In this document: in pieces, positions 63,986-64,000 of the stretch
How positions within the stretch are numbered: position 1 is the first letter of the stretch
Layout of the letters: the number at the start of each line of letters is the position of its first letter
Source of the DNA: Octopus sinensis
Taxonomy: Eukaryota
Length of the DNA: 64,000 nucleotides
NCBI RefSeq assembly: GCF_006345805.1
Contig: NC_043015.1
Coordinates: forward strand, 4,960,001 to 5,024,000
Direction: 5' to 3'
The notes under the pieces: generated by a model
What the model was told of the DNA's origin: nothing
Seen by the model: only the letters and a program-made list of their open reading frames with translations
Database searches by the model: none
Made by a program: the position numbers and the translations under genes

Positions 63986-64000
63986 ATATATATATATATA

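Overview
AT-rich eukaryotic DNA packed with microsatellites and transposon relics. The SINE families resemble ones I recognise from Octopus genomes, so the source is probably a coleoid cephalopod (inference). I recognise no host protein-coding gene and no rRNA, tRNA gene or CRISPR array; only a few weak splice-bounded exon candidates are visible. The window holds about 20 tRNA-derived SINE copies of three families, six decayed mariner transposons, an internally deleted Helitron, R4/Dong-like and RTE LINE fragments, and three Penelope-like elements (PLEs). Two PLEs are Neptune-like and one is a young Naiad-like copy with ~314-bp near-perfect inverted termini. The most interesting signal is RNA-level. 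Each PLE 3' end carries a minimal type-I hammerhead ribozyme fold with a non-canonical core. The two Neptune copies replace the C3-G8 pair with A3-U8 and have stem I helices of different sequence that still pair. The Naiad copy has a CCGAAGA core and a competing helix. Other leads are a possible decayed HDV-like ribozyme in an R4/Dong 5' region, a tail-to-tail SINE hairpin, a TA-associated foldback family and a dimeric higher-order tandem repeat. Most ORFs in the supplied track are microsatellite artefacts. All alignments and folds were done by eye; element boundaries are approximate unless a TSD or TIR is quoted.
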